Of a DNA stretch of 60,100 nucleotides, positions 57,301 to 60,100 are shown piece after piece; position 1 is the first letter of the stretch; each line of letters starts with the position of its first letter. This DNA is from Pseudopedobacter sp. (GTDB taxonomy: Bacteria > Bacteroidota > Bacteroidia > Sphingobacteriales > Sphingobacteriaceae). The DNA lies in assembly GCF_040392825.1 (NCBI RefSeq), contig NZ_JBEBVH010000001.1, positions 1-60,100 of the forward strand, given 5' to 3'. The translations under genes and the position numbers were made by a program. The notes beneath the pieces were generated by a model. It had not been told where the DNA came from, searched no databases, and saw only the letters and a program-made list of their open reading frames with translations.

Positions 57301-57416
57301 TAATACTCACATTATACGTTATCCCTGCAATCTATTCTTATTGGTCCAAAGAACATAAAATAAGTAAGGCGGAAATTGCAGCTAAAGAAATCGAGTTAGC
57401 AGAAAGAGGTTCATAA
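54315..57416 (+). CDS. RND efflux permease (AcrB/MdtB-like)
   Basis: 1033 aa, GLVVDDGIVVTEN, GLVTKNGILIVEFA, RLRPILMT. Confidence 0.95.
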   Translation: MSISTTSIKRPVLAIVMNLVIVLFGVIGYTFLGVREFPSIDPPVVSVRTAYPGANADIVESQITEPLEKTINSIDGIKNISSSSNQGSSVITIEFNLDKNLEEAANDVRDKVSQAARWLPKDIDGLPVVSKADANSDAIISMTIQSSKRNILEVSDFAENVIAQRIQTIPGVSSVQIWGQKKFAMRLWLNPEKLASYALTPLDVRNALEAQNVDLPSGKISGDKTELTVKTSGNLTTEDEFENLIIKNDGTNIIRLKDVGSAVLGPENEETILRSSGKPMVATAIVPQPGANYLDIAREFYKRYDALKTELPEDFTLNIALDNTLFIKRSVIEVAETILIALVLVIAIIYLFFRDWSIAFRPLIDIPVSLIATFFIMYLMGFSINVLTLLAIVLATGLVVDDGIVVTENIYKKVEEGMSPFEAAIKGSNEIFFAIISISITLAAVFLPVIFLEGFVGRLFREFGVVIGAAVLISAFVSLTLTPMLNAYLMKSEHKKSKFYDKTEPYFEMMNNSYGSSLNKFMNKRWLAFPIVLLCFVLIGIFWKILPKETAPLDDRSGVNLSVTAPEGASFEYTDNFIQKVNHIIQDTVPEILSHISITAPGFSGTGAPNTGMIRLRLVDTDKRERTQQEIAQELTQITRKLSEARAFVIQQPTISVGRVRGLPVQYIVQANSFEQLREKVPQFMQEISQDPTFVNTDVNLKFNKPELSVSIDRNKAQDLGVSVLDIAQTLQLSLSAQRFAYFIMNGKQYQVIGQFDREKRDDPYDLTSIFVRNKKGELIQLDNLVNIEEQSSPPQLYRNNRFASATFSASLAPGKTMGDGIAAMERAKEKVLDDSFSIDLAGESRDFSESNSNTIFAFGLALLLVYLILSAQFESFIDPIIIIVTVPLAVAGAFFSLWILGQSWNIFSQIGTIMLIGLVTKNGILIVEFANQLKEQGKPVAEAIRESAVARLRPILMTSLAIALGALPIAMALGAAAKSRMSMGTVIIGGTMFSLILTLYVIPAIYSYWSKEHKISKAEIAAKEIELAERGS

Positions 57417-57417
57417 T

Positions 57418-58725
57418 ATGAAGAAGCAAATCAGTTATATTGTAGGTTTACTTTTTTGTGTTACTAATGCCGTAGCGCAAGAAAGACTAACCTTAGAAGA
57501 AGCAATCAGAATAGGTTTAGAAAATAATTACGATATTAAATTAAGCAAAAACTCGCAAGAGATTAGCGAAAATGATTTGAAATATGGTGCTGTAGCTATG
57601 TTACCTGTTATTACAGGAGATCTTATAGGTGTTAACAATGTACAAACATCAGAAACAGAGCGTGCTAACGGAGAAGTAAATAGTGCAAACAAAGCAAAAG
57701 CAACTAGCTTGAATTATGGAGTAAGTTTAAACTGGAGAATTTTTGATGGTTTTCAGATGTTTACAAATTATGATAAGTTAAAGGAATTTGATAAACTGAG
57801 TGAGCTAAATGTAAAGCTGAATGTACAAACTACTATAGCTGATATTATTGCTTCCTATTTTGATCTTGTGGCTCAGGAACAACAGCTGGAAGCAACACAA
57901 ACGGCCATAGATGTTTCTAATATTAGATTGAAAAATGCCGATAGCAGGTTTAAAATAGGCAAGGGGTCTAAATTAGAATTGCTCGCTGCAAAGGTCGATT
58001 TAAGTGCAGATAGTTCCCAGTTATTAAGACAACAAAGTACTTATACCTCCAGTAAAACAAAACTAAACGAAATATTAGCCCGGGATCTGAATATTCCTTT
58101 TGATGTAAGCGATACCATAATTGTAGACAAATCACTTTCATTCGAAACTTTAAAGATTCAGACAGAGGGACAAAATCCGTATTTGCAAATTGCGGCCGTA
58201 AATCAAAAATTATCCGAACTTAATCTGAAAACGATAAAAGGAGCTAGGTATCCGACAGTAACAATTACTTCAGGATATAATTTTGCGAAAACGACATCAC
58301 CTCCAACAGGTTTTTCTATTCGCTCAAATACTCATGGTTTTAATTATGGAATTACGGCATCGGTAAATATTTTTAACGGGTTGCAACAAACAAAAAATGA
58401 AAAAAATGCTGAGCTAGAGCTAAATAGTTCCAGAATTAATCAGGCGAAAACGAGTCAAAGCATTAATGCACAGTTGATTCGTTTGTATAACGATTATCAA
58501 ACCAACCTGAAACTGGTAGAAGTAGAAAAAAGAAATATCGATGTCTCTGAAGAAAATCTTAAAATAACATTGGAGAAATATAGGTTAGGAAGCATAGTGC
58601 CATTAGAATTAAGAGAAGCACAACGTAACTTTGTAGATGCAAATGCAAGGTTTGCAAACGCCCAATATCAAGCTAAATTAGCCGAAATTTCTCTTCGTGA
58701 GCTAGCGGGTTTAATAGAACTTTAA
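57418..58725 (+). CDS. TolC family outer-membrane efflux protein
   Basis: LTLEEAI, IFDG/IFNG repeats, YPTV, LELREAQ. Confidence 0.92.
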   Translation: MKKQISYIVGLLFCVTNAVAQERLTLEEAIRIGLENNYDIKLSKNSQEISENDLKYGAVAMLPVITGDLIGVNNVQTSETERANGEVNSANKAKATSLNYGVSLNWRIFDGFQMFTNYDKLKEFDKLSELNVKLNVQTTIADIIASYFDLVAQEQQLEATQTAIDVSNIRLKNADSRFKIGKGSKLELLAAKVDLSADSSQLLRQQSTYTSSKTKLNEILARDLNIPFDVSDTIIVDKSLSFETLKIQTEGQNPYLQIAAVNQKLSELNLKTIKGARYPTVTITSGYNFAKTTSPPTGFSIRSNTHGFNYGITASVNIFNGLQQTKNEKNAELELNSSRINQAKTSQSINAQLIRLYNDYQTNLKLVEVEKRNIDVSEENLKITLEKYRLGSIVPLELREAQRNFVDANARFANAQYQAKLAEISLRELAGLIEL

Positions 58726-58755
58726 GAGAAAGGTTTTTATATTGTTCGTCTTTCC

Positions 58756-58763
58756 TATATTTG
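58756..58763 (+). promoter_or_regulatory. -7 promoter element TATATTTG
   Basis: TAnnTTTG 21 nt before the ATG at 58785. Confidence 0.5.
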
Positions 58764-58784
58764 TTGACTTTATAAACTATCTAT

Positions 58785-59177
58785 ATGTCGTCATATAAAT
58801 ATAAAAGTGTGCTGTTAATAGATGATAACCACATAGACAATGTGATTAATGAAAAAGTGATTTCCAAAGCATTTTTTGCAGAGAAAGTCTACATTCAACA
58901 ATCTTGCGAAGACGGCATCAAATTATTAAAAGAATTGTCTTCAAATCCAGAACAGCTGCCAGAGGTTATCTTTGTAGATATAAAAATGCCCGTTAAGACT
59001 GGTTTTGACTTTTTAGTGGAATTCCAACAGCTTCCATTCCTTAGTAAAGAAGATGTAAAGATTATAATGCTCTCTTCTTCATTAGATCCTACAGATCATA
59101 AGAAAATAACAGAGTTTAATAATGTATCTGATTTTTATGGAAAGCCACTCACAGAAGAAACTTTAAAGGAAATATAA
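58785..59177 (+). CDS. Single-domain response regulator
   Basis: LIDD, FVDIKMP, LSSS, KPL. Confidence 0.9.
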   Translation: MSSYKYKSVLLIDDNHIDNVINEKVISKAFFAEKVYIQQSCEDGIKLLKELSSNPEQLPEVIFVDIKMPVKTGFDFLVEFQQLPFLSKEDVKIIMLSSSLDPTDHKKITEFNNVSDFYGKPLTEETLKEI

Positions 59178-59179
59178 AC

Positions 59180-60034
59180 ATGTTATTGGTTGCTGACGGA
59201 GGATCTGCTGTAACAGACTGGATTTTATTGCTTGAAGATAAAGAGACACTTGAATTTTCAAGTCCGGGAATGAACCCTTTTTTTCTGTCAGAAAAAGAAA
59301 TACTGAAAGTCCTTAATGGAATAAAAAAGCTGGATAAATATATAGATCATATTACCGAAATACATTTTTTTGGTGCTGGTTGTAATAGTCCGGATAGAAG
59401 AGAAACGGTCTCTAATGCCCTCTCTACAAGATTTACAAATGCTTTTGTTAATGTAGAGAATGATATACTAGGTTCAGCTTATGCAACATGTAAAGATAAA
59501 CCTGGGTTAAATTGTATTTTAGGTACGGGTTCTAATATCTCATTTTATGATGGAAAAAACTTGCAGGAAGGAGTTCATGGCTTGGGATATATATTCGATG
59601 ATGAAGGTTCAGGAACTTTATTTGGTAAAAAATTAGTAACTGACTTTCTATATAATAGAATGCCTTCAGATCTGGCATCGGTATTCTTCAGGGAATTTCA
59701 GATTACCAAAGAACAAGTGATACAAAGTATTTATCAAAAACCTCTACCCAATTTTTTCCTGTCTTCACATAATATCTTTCTTAAAAGATATTTGCAGCAC
59801 CCCTATTGCAGAGAAATATTGGAAAAAGGATTAGAAGATTTCGTAATCACCCATATACTACCATACAAACATTATAAAGAATATACCTGCAATTTTGTTG
59901 GTCCAACAGCATACGAGTTTGAAGAAGTTCTAAAAAAAGTTTGTGAAAAATATGAAGTCAATATAGGTATGGTTTTAGAAAAACCGATAAAAGAACTCTT
60001 TAACTATGTTCGTATTCGGGAGGGGTTTAATTAA
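59180..60034 (+). CDS. BadF/BadG/BcrA/BcrD-type (N-acetylglucosamine kinase-like) ASKHA protein
   Basis: LVADGGS, GMNPFF, FFGAGC, CILGTGSN, DEGSG. Confidence 0.82.
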   Translation: MLLVADGGSAVTDWILLLEDKETLEFSSPGMNPFFLSEKEILKVLNGIKKLDKYIDHITEIHFFGAGCNSPDRRETVSNALSTRFTNAFVNVENDILGSAYATCKDKPGLNCILGTGSNISFYDGKNLQEGVHGLGYIFDDEGSGTLFGKKLVTDFLYNRMPSDLASVFFREFQITKEQVIQSIYQKPLPNFFLSSHNIFLKRYLQHPYCREILEKGLEDFVITHILPYKHYKEYTCNFVGPTAYEFEEVLKKVCEKYEVNIGMVLEKPIKELFNYVRIREGFN

Positions 60035-60100
60035 AATATGATATATTCCAAAACTAATCCGATTCACAATCAGCAGATTAGGATTATTTTGATTAGAAAT

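Noticed and set aside
7300-57310. Many 60-160 aa antisense or alternate-frame ORFs in the ORF track (for example 21043-21411, 24695-25129, 55223-55714)
   Set aside because: They overlap well-supported genes and show no motifs, so they are treated as shadow ORFs.
60038-60100. ATG-initiated frame or CTAATC/GATTAG hairpin at the right edge
   Set aside because: Too short and truncated to assign.

Overview
AT-rich bacterial DNA that reads as Bacteroidota, probably Sphingobacteriaceae-like. This is inferred from gene content and from repeated TAnnTTTG -7 promoter elements. The window is mostly core genome. It holds aqpZ and a transglutaminase-like gene, each broken by one in-frame stop, then a methyltransferase, a DoxX gene that looks like an orphan gene cassette, an Omp85-type barrel and a deoxyhypusine-synthase-like gene. 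A ~16.6 kb cluster follows with alternative complex III (actA-F), aa3-type cytochrome c oxidase and heme/Cu biogenesis genes. Further on are rfbC, a TPR protein, a three-gene unit of an S9-fold lipoprotein lacking its catalytic Ser and His plus a sensor kinase and OmpR-type regulator, and two FKBP PPIases. A MarR-headed beta-oxidation locus carries a four-helix-bundle gene bracketed by inverted heptamer repeats. A six-gene hybrid kinase/CheR/CheB module with no chemoreceptor sits between MarR and fadD. The window ends with an M61 peptidase, an RND efflux triad, a receiver protein and a divergent BadF-type kinase. No rRNA, tRNA, CRISPR array, integrase or transposase was recognised. The best candidates for undescribed systems are the dead-peptidase/two-component unit (28215-32481) and the hairpin-bracketed four-helix-bundle element (37661-38175). 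All family assignments come from recognised motifs, not database searches.
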